This document shows, piece after piece, positions 25,701 through 40,600 of a stretch of DNA of 64,000 nucleotides. The notes under the pieces are model-generated. The model was not told where the DNA came from. It ran no database searches and worked only from the letters and a program-made list of their open reading frames with translations. Position numbers and translations under genes: made by a program. Numbering within the stretch: the first letter of the stretch is position 1; every line of letters begins with the position of its first letter. This DNA is from Nageia nagi (taxonomy: Eukaryota; Plantae; Pinophyta): positions 140,120,001 to 140,184,000 of the forward strand of contig JBITNC010000001.1 in NCBI GenBank assembly GCA_050084985.1, in the 5' to 3' direction.

Positions 25701-27100
25701 TGAGAGTTGAGGTTGGATTTTTTCCCTATTGTCTAAATTTTCCTCATTTTTAACATATGGTTTCTTCCCCTCTTTTGAATTTGATTTAGAACTATATCCA
25801 TATTTCAACACCCCAATTTTAATCAAACCTTTTCTTTTGATTTTTTTTTTCCTTATGTAAAACCCTTACTCTATATATTATATGGCATGTGACTTTAAAT
25901 ATGGTAAATAACAATCATAAAAATATTATTAATCTCATATTCATCTAATTCACATTTAGTAGGCTACTATACCTTTTTGAAGTGAGGCATGAGCTTATCC
26001 AATTTCTCCTTTGATCCCTATCAAAGAACATATAAATATGTCACCTTGACCATAATCTTTATGTTTTGCTTATACTCATCCATGAAATATATGACTATAT
26101 CATTAAATGAAGTGATGGATATATATTGGGTGACTTATAGAACTACTCACTTATGTCACCTTTTATGCTTATAGGGAAGAATTTAACTATAAACATTTAC
26201 TCACTTACCAATTTTAGCACACATTCTTCTTTAAAATTGATTATATGTTTCCTTGGATGTCCTTCACCATTAAAGACATCAAACTTAGGGGTTTTGTATT
26301 CAATTGGGATTTGTAGTTGAAGATCTCATCCGAAAGAGGAATATTAAAAATTCCATCAAAACTTTCTCCTTTTTGCTTCTCATTTATTTTTGATTTAAGA
26401 TTTCTAATGCCTTTTTGATGGACATAATATTTTGGTTACAAATTTCTTAGCTTTACTGTTCATTTTAGTTATTTTAAGTATTTTGGTCTTCCACACCCAA
26501 AGTATTCAACACTCAAGGATTTACCCAAAATTATTGAATAATAGTTGTGATATTTAAAATTTTGACCATTGTAATAATGCACAAAAATTGAAATTATCAA
26601 CAATTTCATTCTCCTCTCATATTTGCACCAAATTATGTCCACAAACCTTAGATTTTACAATAGAACCATCAAAACAAGTGGGTTCACTAAAATGTAGAAT
26701 AGGAAAAAATGAATAAAATTAATAATTTACTTACATATACAAAATAATATAGCACTGGTATAAATGATATTCTTGAAGACTTATGAACTGGGTAGGACCC
26801 CAAATGATGAATAATATTTGGATTTGACACCCCTACTACCTTGGTGAATTAATCTCCGAATCTAGTAACCTAAATACATCACAATGGAAATTCCCATGAT
26901 CTTGCAAGAACAAACACTTATATTTATGATTCTAAATGATATTATAATGAAATGAAAACTATTATAGCATGCATAAGAGTATAATAGATCCTTGGATATG
27001 TGGCATCATAAAACACCATTAGAGTAGTGAAATAGGAGTATGATCTTAATATTGACCTATCCAAATTAGGTTAGGATCTGATAGGGAATGCCATACTTTG
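22715..27100 (-). mobile_element. Tat/Ogre-like Ty3/gypsy gag-pro-RT remnant, truncated after RT
   Basis: RT: WISNVVPIIKPIGEIKVCMNFRYINNACPKDDFPLLNI...FSFMD...TPWDAFFYKVISFGLKNVGAT...VYVNDIL (23120-22720). Protease tail SYNLFLRRPWIHAM (24683-24928). gag YKTPKFDVFNGEGHPRKHI (~26300). PBS/LTR junction near 26680-26700. Confidence 0.85.
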
Positions 27101-27646
27101 ATCCTCCTTTTATATCCTACAAAATAAGAAAAGATAAAGGTTAGTTGATATTCCAAAAATTATAATAATCTCAAGAAAATTAAATATTCTAATCATGATT
27201 AATGATAATTAGCATTGATTAATATATTATTAGTACATGGTTAATACAATAGTCTTAATATTAGTACATTTTAATTAATATTTCTTTTAGATACCATAAA
27301 CATGATTTTATAATAAAATAGAAGATAATTTTTAGGTATTTACACATACATAATGTAGCTCCTTTCCATTTCATTATGAAAGTTTATCTATGTAAAATAA
27401 AGGGCATTGTATAATGCTTTAGCTATTGTAAGGTATGCATAAATATTATCATCGGTTGTATTTATTCCTTGAATAATGATTGTAATAATGGAGTTCATTT
27501 GATCCTATTTAAGAATATTAAATGATATGTACTCATAAATAACCACAACATTCTTTATCTATACCTTAACTACTTGATCAAGAGAAAACCATCACTTAGG
27601 AAAGATCTTATGACATCTTGTACCTAGGTAAAATGGGCAACCAAGC

Positions 27647-27649
<3 letters not shown>

Positions 27650-27679
<30 letters not shown>
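27650..27679 (+). repeat. (GA)15 microsatellite
   Basis: Direct reading. Confidence 0.95.
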
Positions 27680-27683
<4 letters not shown>

Positions 27684-27849
27684 TATGATTAAGATTCTAA
27701 TCATGCATGCATGTTGTAATGTATTGAAATGAAGTTTTACTATATTGAGTGAGTGTTAGTTATGAAATTGATGTTTTATATTTGACTATTAGTCCTAGTC
27801 CTTAACAATAGTACTTGATTTACATAAATAGATTTTTATGTATTGAAAA

Positions 27850-30348
27850 TAAGTCTTTGGATACCCAAAACAAGGGATTAAAGTGGATTAAAAAAATGAA
27901 AATATTAAGAGTTGAAATATTCCACAATCATTGAAAATTTGATGTCAATTTATAGAATTAATTAGGTATTACCATAAGTTTGTAAAGGATTATGGTAAAA
28001 TTGTAGCCCCATTACCAACTTTCCTAAAAAAAATGCTTTTAGTTGGTTGACCAAAATTGAAGATGCTTTTAACAAGTTTAAGGAAGCTATATGTTCTAAT
28101 CTAATATTAGTTATAAATAATTTCTCCAAAACTTATTTGATCGAAAGTGATGCTTCAAAAATGGGAATTTGTATAATTCTCATGCAAGAAGAAAGACCAT
28201 TGACATTCACTAGAAAGGCACTTTAAGAAAGAAATTTGGCAAGGTTAATGTATGAAAAAGAGATGCTAGTAATCATTCATGTCATCCAATGCTAACAACC
28301 ATATCTCATTGGTAAATATTTCATTATCCACATAGATCATCATAGTTTGGGATAGTTTATTGAATAGCGTATCTCTACTCCTAAGAAAAAAAAGTGGATC
28401 ACTAAATTATTGGGGTATGAATATGAGATTGTATATCGTAAGGGATGGAAAAATTAGTAGTTGATATCCTTTCCATAATTTGAATAACCAACACTAATGC
28501 AAGTAATATTTTCACCAATTTTATAATGGATAAATGAGGTAAAGTAGGAATAACTCAATTATAGTTCAACTTAGGCATTTATTTAATAAATATAAAATGA
28601 TCCCTCTAGTAAATCCAATTTCACTTGGAGCAATGGAATACTTCAATTCAAAGGATGCATTGCATTTTCCTATAAATCTCTATGTTGAGCAAATATACTT
28701 CATGAGCTACATGATACACTTGTTGTAGGGCACTTTGGGTTTCTAAATACTTAGAAGAGGGTGGCTTAATCTTTTTATTGGGATAAAATGAAATAATATA
28801 TCAAAAAAATTATTGCAAAATGTGATGTCTAGTGGTAAAAGGGTGAAATAATGGGTACTTAATGACTACTTCAACCTCTTCCCATCCCAATGCAAACTTG
28901 GACTGACATTTTGATAGATTTTATTAAGGGTATTTTGAAGTCTTATGGAAAATCTATCATGATGGTATTTGTTGATTGACTATCCAAATACACCCATTTC
29001 AACTCTTTGGATCACCGCTACAAGGTTGTTAATGTGGCTTAATTATTCCGTGATAATATTTTCAAACTCCATTGCATGCCATCAACTATGATAAGTAATA
29101 AAGACCCTACTTTCACTAGTCATTTTTGGAAAGAAATTTTCAAGCTTTAAGGAACTCAATTTAACATGAGTTCAACATCTTACCCCTAGACTAATGGTTA
29201 TATAAAGATTGTTAAAAAATATTTAGAGACTTATTTGCATTATTTTGCTTTCACAAAACCATTTCATAGGGTTAAATGGCTTCCTTTGGTAGTTATGGTA
29301 TAATACTTCATATTATACTATAATTAAAATAACCCATTATTAAGCCTTATATGAGTAAGCATCACCAAAAATAACATATTATATTATTGGAAATACTAAT
29401 ACTCAAGTAGTGAATTCAAAGATTACCAATAAAGAAGATATTTTTTTATCTTCTTATGGATAATTTAGAAATTACACACCATTGGTTGAAATATCAAGTT
29501 GATTAATAGAGGATTTAACATTAATTTTAGGAGGGAGACATAGTGTTCTTATAACTTCAAACTTATTTTCATATCTTTCTCAAGTTGAAAGGATCCAAAA
29601 AATTATCTTCAAAATTATATGGGCCTTACAAAATTATTTAGTGCATTGGACCAACAACATATAAGTTGTAATTATCTGAGTTTTCAAAAATTCATCCATT
29701 ATTTCAAGTGTCTCACCTCAAGAAGTCATTGGTTCATAAGTGAAGGCCCAAACATAACTACTTGAGTTTTTAGAGGATGACTACATAGTGGTAGAACCTA
29801 AAGCAACCTTGGAACGATGATCCTATCAACTTTGCAACCACACCATTACCGAAATTCTAATTTGGTTATGGGGATTAGCATCAAAAGATGCTACTTGGGA
29901 AGTACTTCATCAATTTCAGTAATAGTTTCCTTAATTCTATCTTTGAGGAATTTTGTTTTTTAAAGGATGACATATCAAGACCCTACATCCTAACATATAT
30001 ATATATTATAATGTGAACTTCCATATGTGGTTTGTAAGTTGAACTATTATTTTGTAATACTTTGGACCATCAACCTTTGTAAGTTATTAGATTAAATGTG
30101 GTTAGGATTAGACTTGAGGTAGTAAGGCTATAAATATGTGTAAGGAGGGAGAAGAAAATATCTTAAAATAAGTATTTTATCTTCAAAATTGGAAGGAGGA
30201 AACCCCCTTGAAGTGACCTATGATTTGTATTGCTATTCAATAAAGTCATGATGTTTTCCATCAAATTATTTGCTTGTTATCTTACTTGCACTTTTTTTTC
30301 ATTAAGGTTTTTAAGAGATTTTGGATTTAAACCCTTAGGTTCTTAACA
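27850..30348 (+). mobile_element. Chromovirus (Reina/Tekay-like) Ty3/gypsy 3' half: RT end, RNase H, integrase, chromodomain, 3' LTR
   Basis: YYHKFVKDYGKIVAPL, IESDASKMGI..MQEERPL, YEKEML, GHFGFLNT, LQPLPIP..WTDILIDFI, KLYGPYKI, KDATWE. PPT region ~29958-29972. LTR ends ggttcttaaca at ~30348. Confidence 0.9.
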
Positions 30349-30959
30349 ACAAATTAAACTATTATTATATTCTCCAAAGTTTATTCAATTCATTTGATTT
30401 TGAGAAGTTTTATAAAGTCTATCTATAATCATATTAACTAAATAATTTTAAAACATATACTATATCACTATTAAAGTTGCATATTAAAATTAGTAGTTTA
30501 CATTCATCTTAGTAAATATTCTCATCATGATTAATTTATATAGTTGTAATGAAGTCTCTTTTTATCTAAATTCATTAAAAAAATTACTTTATGGATCATA
30601 TTTATCCTATGGTATACAATATTTCTAAGTCATAGATTGATAAGTCTTACAAAATATTTATTTTGACTTTAAATTTGAATTCAATCTAATTAATAAATCT
30701 TATAAAATATTTTTTTAACTTTAAGTTTGATATCAATCTTGATTTGATGAATCAAATCAATTTTGAATCTTTTCTTCAAACCTTTATAAGAGGTATGATC
30801 TAATAAAACCTATTTTAAAACCTTAAATATTGATTAAATTATTATTATTATTATGATCATCAGCATCATCATCAAACAAATAAAATTAATTTGAAAGCCT
30901 TTTAAAGTTTATCATGAGTTATCCAATTAAAATGTTAATTAAAATCCATGGAAACATGA

Positions 30960-32600
30960 TCAATAACTCACATGAATTCAATTGGAGGTGCTCATTATGG
31001 ACTCTCTAGCTAAAAGTATAGGTTGTTTACTTTTTGGTAATGCTATTTCTATTTTACTATTTGATAACTATATTATCCTAATGTCACACATAATAATAGG
31101 ACCTCAACAACAACTATACATACTTGGTACTTACTCTAACTCACATGGATTAAAAGTTATTCTTCATAAAACAAATATTATAACATTCAATCTACCCAAG
31201 AAAGATCTCTCTTCTATTCACATCACATACAAAGGGAAAGCTATTAATATTATCACATCTTACACATACTTGGGAGTTCTTTTCATAGGATCAACCTTCA
31301 ATATGATCGCTAAATCTCAAGCAAGGTTAAACAAAAGGTATACTACCTTAGCATATTTGGATAAGCAATGCTTTTAGCTCCAATTTTAGGATATTAGTAT
31401 GAAGGTCAAACTTTTTCACACTCTTGTTACCCCCACATTACTCTATGGTTGTGAAGTTTAGGGCTCTAACCTCAAATAGGTGGGTTAGTATCGTATTGAA
31501 AGGGTCCTCATATCAATGTTGTCCAAGTTCATTCATTCAAAAAGAACTATTCCACATCCCATCATTCTAGCTGAGTTTAGTGCTCGCCCATTATTTGTAA
31601 CTACATTATTTCATATTGTCTCTTTACTACGTAGATTCCATTGTATGCCAAATATGAGAAGATATCCATATTTAGCATTGCAATCCTCCATACAGTTGGC
31701 CAATCAATGGGTGAAGAATTGTCGGTATGCTCAAACTACTACCCTCCTTCAAACTCTTAGCTTAGACATCATGAGAATTTCTCTTACTAAGTCATCAATT
31801 AATACACCATATTCTAATAAGGACATTCGAGATGAGATCTACTCAACATATATAAAAACTACTTGGACTAATCCAAAGTAACCTATTTCTCCAAAATTGC
31901 TCCATTACTCTCACTTTTATCTCCAAATAGAGAATGATTTTATCACCACTTTAAAATATAACTTGATACAAATGCCACATTACCTCAGGTTTCCTCTAGC
32001 TCAACTATGAGTTTGCTCACACTAGCTATGTATTCAGATAGATCATCACCTCCCTAGAGATTAGTGTATTTTTAGATTGTACAATCTTGATATGGAAACC
32101 AAGGAGCATTTCATTTTCACATGTCCTATATACTATGAGATATGAGTTAGATATTATTGCTTATTTAGAGACACCCATACACTGAAGTCTTGGATTAATT
32201 ATGAATACCATAGATGCATTGCCCTTTTCATCTGCGAATTATACAACCTCAAAAAAAAATTATTTAGTAACAATTTATAGAGGATAATAGGATCCTGACT
32301 TATTACTTCATGTTTCCAACCTTCAAAAGCCATGACCAGGAAATGTCAAGGTGATCACAAAGATACAATAAGAATTTCTCATCTTCAACTCCAACATGGA
32401 CCATATATGAGGACATCAGACTCTTATATAAATCACTTCTTTGCACCCTTTAATGTTGGGAGAAATCCTTGATTCATAGACCTTGTTTATGTTTTTTTTT
32501 ATTATTTTTCTTATTTTATTTCCTCTGGAGTTGCACCAAGCACTCCCATTGCTTTGTATATGTCCTACTTTATAGTCTTATTTACCTTTTTTGGTCACCA
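30960..32600 (+). mobile_element. 5'-truncated RTE/RTEX-like LINE (RT C-terminus plus C-terminal Cys/His region)
   Basis: LLFDNYIILMS (decayed LLFADD), GLKVILHKT, YTYLGVLF, KLFHTLVTPTLLYGCEV*G, ETKEHFIFTCPIY. Confidence 0.8.
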
Positions 32601-33649
32601 ATGGACTTATTTCAAACTCAAATCCTTTAATTAAAGGGCTCTTGAAATACATTAATCAAAGGCTCATATCTTTTAATATTATTAAAATATTACTTTACCA
32701 TTTTAATAAAAAATATTGTACATAGAGATAAAATTTAAAAAATAAATTAAAATACAAAATAATAGTAAAATATTTCAAATACATGTAGGTATTTCAAGGT
32801 AGGAGAATGAGAAATAATTAAAGAAGTCTTTATTTTTCTATTAGAAATATATTTTAAAAAATATTAACAATTTTTATATATATTTTAAATATAAATTTTG
32901 AAGGAAAGATTTGCAAGGATTAATGAAGACTATTTAATGAACAATAAGATGAATTTTTTTTAATATGTGTTTAGACATAGTTTATTTAATTTTTATAGTA
33001 TTTAGGAGGCTTGTAAATGTCTCACAAATATTATGAATTAAGACTTAATAATTTAAAAAATAAATCAAGAGTTTCAACATGTATTTTATATGCACTATGT
33101 TTTATTTTGTTTAAAAAGAGTAAACCATAGTCTTATAAATATTTTTCAACAACCAATGGTGAATGTTGAGTCCATATAAATAGTTTTGTAGTTAAGTTGG
33201 AAATATTTTCCCTAGATAATCTTAAGAGAACTTTTCAAAAATATCCAAACCTTAACATTTATATTTTAATGAGAGATTTGTGTTTGAATATATTATCTTG
33301 CAAGTTTTAATTGAAAGGATGCATATCCTACATTGATATGTTTATCCTTCTTTAGCCATTTTTATAGTAAGAATATTTTCAATAAGTTTTAAGTTTTCTT
33401 AGTAATTGATTGAAAAGATTATCATAATTTTAACTCTATGATAGAACTATTGCTCAAACTATAAAGTTTTCCTAATCAAGAAATATGATATATAAGTGAA
33501 AGATGTTTTGTAATAAATCTAATATTGATAAATAATTTTATTAGATATAATAGGATCTATTAGCTAGTATTATACCTTGTTGGAAATGATTTCTTATGTT
33601 AGAAATAACACTTATTCTCTTAGGTCCAATGATCAAGGATTCATATAAT

Positions 33650-36360
33650 TGAAGAGGCTTTGTTCTCTATTCTTATCACCTTATCATCTTGTGAACTTGT
33701 CAAAAAAATCTAATGTGTATCCCAAATCATGTCAAGCATTAAACATACAATTAAAGAGTTCCTACCACCCCTCTCTATTAAGCAAATATCAACCTTTGAT
33801 ATCTCAACATATCATGAAGATGATTTTGATCATCAACCTATCTTCCTTGTTCTTAAGATAGACTTAACACAAACAAGTAACATTAGCAAGTTAAAAACTA
33901 TTTTTTATTTTATTTTTAAACATAATGAGTTTGATATATTTAAAAATAATCTATAAGAAGTATTCAACTCATGATCTAGTAATTTATCCTTCATAACGTA
34001 TATATATATATTAACATCAACTCAAAGTATTTTACCTGCATTAATAAGCATTCTCATCATCTTTTATCAGGGGAATTGGGAGACTTGTGGTTATGAAGGA
34101 ACTCACATTAAAGGTTCTATGATCAACTACTACCCCCTATATTAATGATATTTAAAAACCAATTCAAGGTCCTACAAGTTCTAATAAGTTTTTAAAAAAG
34201 GACATTAATGTTGACTTATCACCTATAATAACTAAAAAATAAATAGATGGTATGATATAGAATGTAAATTTGCTAGACAAAATATTAAGATCGCTCAAAA
34301 TAATATAGATAAGCATGACAAAATTTAAAAATGTAAAATATTAGTTAAATATAAGAAAAAAAATTAAATCAACAATAGGAAAGACTTTTATACCTAGGTA
34401 AACATAAGCCAAAATAATTTTACCTAGAAAAATGATAATTGAATCTCCAATTGATATATATAATTAGAGTTGTTATCACAAAAATCTTTATATACTCCCT
34501 CTAAATTTGGAGGATACTTTATAGGACATAACATTTCCTCTTACCCAAAAGATTATTTTCTCTATAAAGGACATCAAGGTTGGAATTAAGAGATTGTCAA
34601 AAGGGAAAACCAAATATATAGAAGGATATAAGGTAAAAAAATTAAAAATTAGAATTTTTATCCTTGTCCCTCATATTAAAAATATTTTCAACAAATCCCT
34701 TAAAGAAAGTTTCCCTAAACAATGGAATACAAGTTTAATAGTCCCTATATACAAAACTGAAGATAAAAATAACCAATCAAATTATACAACTATTATGATA
34801 TATCCATTACTTTCCAAGCTCTATCATAGTATTATAGAAAAGAAAATTAGCAATTAGTTTAATGATAATAATTCAAGAACTAAAGGCCATACCAGTTTTA
34901 GAAGAAAGTATTCAACAATTGATCACATCCTCACTTTTTTAGTTATTGCTAAAAATGATCAAAAATAAAAATAAAAAAAAATTATTTGCTTACTATGTGG
35001 ATTTCTAAAAAGCCTTTGATATTGTTCTTAGAGATAAACTTTTAAACTGTATGGCTAAATTAAATATACTTTCTAAATTAACATTTATAGTTTATATGCT
35101 TTATGATAAAGTTATTGCGAAACTCAAAACTAATCAAGGGTGATCTAAGGAAATTATTTGTAATATTGGAGTTAAACAAGGATGCCCTCTATTCCCATCT
35201 CTATTTGGTATTTATATAGATCAACTATAAAATTATTTTGAGGAAGTTGGGTGCATAGACACAAACCTTGGTAACCTCATCATTACCTTTTTACTCTATG
35301 CAAATAATATTCTTTTGCTAGCTAAACATTATGATAATCTTGTAAAATAATTAAATATTCTTCAAATATTTTGTGATATATCCAATTTAATGGTTAATGT
35401 AGATAAAACCAAAATTATGATATTTAAATTTTAAAAGACATCTTACCCTATGATCATATTTAATAATAAACCCTTGAGGTGATTCACTCTTATAAATACT
35501 TAGGTATCGATATAAATCACAAACTAAATTAGAATCTAAGTGCTAAAAAAAGAATCTTTGTTGGATGGAAAGCCTTCTATGGTCTAGAAAATAAATATAA
35601 AAATGCATGACTTTGGAATTAGGATAAAAAGAAAACTCTTTCCTCATGTCTAGTATCCCTAATAATATTCTATGGTTGTGAGGTTTGAGGTAGAAGCATT
35701 TCTCAATAAATATGAAATCAAATTCAACAAATCAAAAAATAATACATCATTTATAAATTCAAGATTAAAAATAATATCTCATATCCTATCCTTCTCATGG
35801 AACTTGGTTTACTCCCTATTGAAAGAGAAGCTTTAACATGATATATTTTATAAAATTATAAATTAACAAAGTTAGATCCTCTTATGCTACCTACAGTCAC
35901 CTAACAAACTTGTCTAACTCATCAATATTTTAAAAAATATTGGCTAAAATACTTTGATAAGAGATTGAATTTGGGGTACACACATTAATATAACCCCTTC
36001 AAATAACGAAGAATTAAAATTACATATTGCAAATAAAGTAAATAAAAAATTATGGAGTAATGATAATATCAAAACCAAAAGAAAACTAGCTTACTATAAA
36101 AATATTATTAATCCAAAACTTGAACATTTATCCTATTCATATGAGATTATCAATATTAAAAAGAAACTTGCGATCGTAAAATTAAGAATTAATTCACATG
36201 AATCGCATAGCAAAACGATAAACAATACCTAAAACACCTTGAGATAAAAGAACTTGTAAGCTTTGTAACCTACATGTCATAGAAGATTAAACTTTTTTTT
36301 TTGGTCCACTTTACAAAGATATTGGCAAAACTATTAAAGTCATATATTTTTATGAAAATA
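33650..36360 (+). mobile_element. RTE/RTEX-like LINE ORF2 remnant (endonuclease tail, RT, C-terminal domain)
   Basis: DHQPI (APE SDHxP-like, ~33830), FPKQWNTSLIVPIYK..NYTTIMI, STIDHI, VDF*KAFD, GVKQGCPL.PSLFGIYIDQL, LLYANNI, VNVDKTKIM, YKYLGI, YGCEV*G, RTCKLC. Confidence 0.88.
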
Positions 36361-37697
36361 ACTAACCATCATAACATTTTTTAAAAATATTATAATATTT
36401 TTCTTATAATATGTTTTAACAAAATATATTTTTGTTAGCATCATATCAACTTTCAAATAATATTATAGAGATTTCTAAGACTGATGGATATATTTTTTTC
36501 TACATTATCTAGAATAGTTTTTACAGGTCATCTTAGAATGAACAAGGTTTCTTAAAAATAGTATTCCAATTTGCACCTTGATATTAGTTTCAACCATTTT
36601 TTACACTTGCTAGAACATCTAGTCATTTGATTATTATCACATCACCTCTTGTCAATTTTTTCTTAAAAAAAAAAAACTTAAGGAATGTTTATTTTAATAT
36701 CATCCTAATTTCAAGTATTATCTTGAAACTTAGTTTGGACCTTTCTAGATTTTATTTCTAACTAGATTTGTGTAAGTTTACTAAATGAAGATTTATATCA
36801 TCTCCCTACTTCCTTGAAATATGAACAAGTGCCCTACTTTAGTCTTCTTCATATTTTATAGGGGATAAAATGTAGAAATCTAAGATAGTATCTTTGTTAT
36901 ATTTTTATTGTCTTAACTTAGCTAACGACCACTTGCATCATTTCATTGTAATTTTGTTAATTTTTATTATCCATGTCAAAATGATTTTATTAGTGGTTGA
37001 GTCCCTTGAGTAGAAAGCTTATGATTCTACATCTCTTTTTTATGAGAAGGTTGTAAAAATATTTCATTTGAACACAAAATATATTGAAGAATGACTAAGG
37101 ACTCGTACAATTGAAGAACCCTTATTCATCATTCTTATCATCTTGACAACTTGAGAAAAAAGCTAGCACATGCCCCTAATTCTTATTAAGCATTTTGTCC
37201 ACACATATTATTTACTTGTTTTCTTCTTCATAGATCGTAAAGTTGCAACCAATTAAATCAACTATGAAAATCATTATAGCATTCCCCATGACCGTCAAAA
37301 TATTTTCATTTCTAATAGTAGAATCTCATAACATTACCAAAATATTACCATACCATTGCCTATAACTACCATAAGAATCTTTTATGTACCACTTCCAATT
37401 TTTTGCATACCTATTATATCAAGTCATAATATCATTATCGTATTAAATTTTCAACAAATTTCATTTCAATTAATTGATTAAAAAAACTCAAAATTTAATA
37501 CTCATTAAAAAATTACATTTACTTGTTATTAAACCTAGATCAAATGAAAATAAAAAAACAAAATAAAAAATCAAGTCCAAATCAAACAAACATCATTAAC
37601 ATGTCATCTCTTTCTTAACCTTTTATTTTACAATACGGATCATTTACCTCTACATACTCTTATCATTGTCCTAATAATTTACGTGCTAATTTTGTAA

Positions 37698-37802
37698 GTT
37701 TTATTACTTCAAACAATTTTAACATTTCCAGATAATGTAACATCACAAAGTTTTTACTTCAAGCAATTTTAACATTTCCATATAATCTAACATTACAAAG
37801 TT
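37698..37802 (+). repeat. ~52-bp tandem duplication
   Basis: ttacttcaa(a/g)caattttaacatttcca(g/t)ataat(g/c)taacat(c/t)acaaagtt occurs twice. Confidence 0.85.
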
Positions 37803-39952
37803 AGAATCAACAGTTTTTTTCCGATTCAACTTTTTTTATGGAAACCAAATAAAATAATTAATAAAGCTGACTAAATTGTTTATAGACTAGAACTACAATC
37901 AGTTATGCTTATTTTATATTAAGTATTATCATAATAAAATGCCTTATAGCTTGCAAGCATGAGCCAAAAAATATTCACATTTGGTGGGCAGAAGTTGGGA
38001 AGGAATGGAACACTTAACCGTAATGTAAGTATGTGGAGCCCAAACTCTCCTGAAATTATGGGCTTTTCTGCTAGAAGACATGTTGCTTACTTCATCCTAC
38101 TAGTCAGCAAAATTTTTAAAAAAATATTTAAATATTATATTACAATTTACTTTTTGTGTCTGAATTTAAAATTCAACATAATAAATTTATAATATTATTG
38201 CTGGTTCAAATAATTAAAAGAAATTTAAGTACTTTTCAAAATAAGGATATAAATCCACATGTCAAAAGACTAAAGCTTCAAAGATGATAGGTGATGGGCC
38301 TTTGTAACTATGGCCATGAAAGACAGTCCAAAATTCTTTGGATGAGGCAATCGAAATTGGTGGGTAAAAGTGCTGGTTTCTTTGGATGAGACAATGCTTG
38401 TGTTGGGTTCATGCACCACAATGCTTCGTTTCCACTTTTAAGGGTGGAAAATGTAGAAGATATCCATGCTGAAATATGAAGATATGAATCATATGTTAAG
38501 GTCTAGAGACAGTGACCATATACATATTTAATTGTGTCAAAGCTTCATTATTACATTGAATTTGGATGGTATGGCCCACTTTGTGCAAGTGGGTAGTGCT
38601 TACGTTCACTTTAAGTAGGTAGATTAATAAGACCAAGGTTTCTTTTGGAGGAAAAAGTTGGAGGCATTCCCTTTCAAAATGTCAGTCATTGGACGGCTAG
38701 GCTTGTCCTCACCTACACCTAAAAGGTTTGAATGATTGACTTGACATTGATGGTATACTTTGGGATGTGAGTGCAGAGTCCAATGTTTGTAGGTAACACC
38801 AACATGAAATAATTATCATGATAAAGAGTAAAGAGTGTAGTGGTAAGGTTTGCCTCCTACCATGGTCTATTGATATTAAAATATAAATATTAAGTATAGG
38901 ATGATTTGTAAATAAATATATAGTAAATAAAAAAATCATTAATTAGTAATTAGTTTTTAGTTTCAAAATATATGTTTCAATATTCTTTTTTGAAAAAATA
39001 TTAGTTACGTCATAAGTTTTATAAGGGTTCTCATCTTTACTTTAGTTATTGGAATACGAGATTTGGTTCAAATCAAACTCAAACTCCATCATTAGGGTAT
39101 CCATCATTGGGTTATGTTTCAACATTTGGTATGATGAAGTTATGTCATAAATTAAAGTATGATGATTGAGAATGCTAGTGAACTTAACGTTAAATAGGGT
39201 GAGTGGCGCTATCTATCTCTTATCCCATCTAATATGATTTAAGTTCTTGAACTTTTGATACCTAATTTTTGTTATTTTTTAACCATTGTTAGGATTAATT
39301 TGAAGATTTTTCTTAATACTTTACTTTTTTTTGTTGTAAAGATAATATATTAATATAATATTATTCAATAAAAAATAAAATTATGTAATTATTCAGTTAT
39401 TTTTTTATTGAAATATTATTATAAGATAATATTATGTTGTGTTGAAACCTTTAATAAAATTCAATACAATAATTACAAGAATGCAAAGTATGATATATAA
39501 ATAAGTAAAATTTATGACATGAAAAATATATTTTATATTATGATATAATTATTTTTTCAACAATATTAATACCAAAATTTCTATAAAAAATATAAACAAA
39601 TTATATATATAAAATAAAAAATTAATATTATTTAAGATTATATAGAAAAAATTAATTAATCACTTATTTATATATATATATAAAATCTCATAATCTCAAA
39701 AGGAAATCAATAGGGATGTTTAGAAAGATTCTTTGGTATGGATTTAGTGCTTTTTTGAAAGTGGGGGTCACTTCCTATGATAATGAATGCCTTGAAGCTT
39801 TCAAACTAGGGCTCCAATATTGGCAAGATGCCAAATAACTTTTTGCTACTATACATTTAATGCTTTTTGAAAATGTGGCAGTTTTATCTTTCCTTGTAGG
39901 TTTTTAAAGTGATTTCGCTTTATTATGTGTAGTGTGAGACAAAAGATAGGTA

Positions 39953-39980
39953 TGACGTGGACTAATAATGACGTGGACGT
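39953..39980 (+). promoter_or_regulatory. Paired TGACGTGG bZIP (G/C-box, ABRE-like) motifs
   Basis: tgacgtgg at 39953-39960 and 39969-39976, plus a third acgt. CpGs are intact in a CpG-depleted background. Confidence 0.35.
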
Positions 39981-40354
39981 TGTAATTAATTAATTTTAAT
40001 ATACATGGGAAATAAGAAGAGAAAAAAAAATTATAGTTGGTTTATTTGTTTGTATTTGTGTTGAATGAATTTTGTTTTTAAAATGTATGTAATAAGTTTT
40101 AGTTAGCTGTTAATATGTAATGCATATGCAATAATTATGTGAAGATTATTTTTAGATTAGTAAAGGTATTTATAAGATTTATTTGTAGTGTTATTAATAT
40201 AGAGTCAAGTTTTAATGATTTTTGGTAAAATTTAATTATTTTTGTAGGAGTGTGAATAAAAGTTGTATAAATTTAGAATTTTTATTTTAATGTTTGTAAT
40301 GGTTAACTTAATTATAAGAGTAGTTTATGTATAATGTATATAAATACAATAGAT

Positions 40355-40372
40355 TGTATATATATACGTACG

Positions 40373-40437
<65 letters not shown>

Positions 40438-40493
40438 TCTATATATGTATATGTGTGTATATATATATATACACAATCTATCGTGTATATATC

Positions 40494-40526
<33 letters not shown>

Positions 40527-40535
40527 GTGTGTGTG

Positions 40536-40571
<36 letters not shown>

Positions 40572-40600
40572 TATGTATGTATATATAGATATATGTATAT
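40355..40600 (+). repeat. Compound (TA)n/(TG)n microsatellite
   Basis: Direct reading. Explains the spurious YIYI ORFs. Confidence 0.97.

Noticed and set aside
36540-37400. Faint integrase-like fragments on the minus strand
   Set aside because: Too decayed to support a call.
38300-38900. Possible MIRNA locus
   Set aside because: No conserved plant miRNA sequence or long hairpin recognised. Only a short stem ttccac...gtggaa at ~38430-38448.
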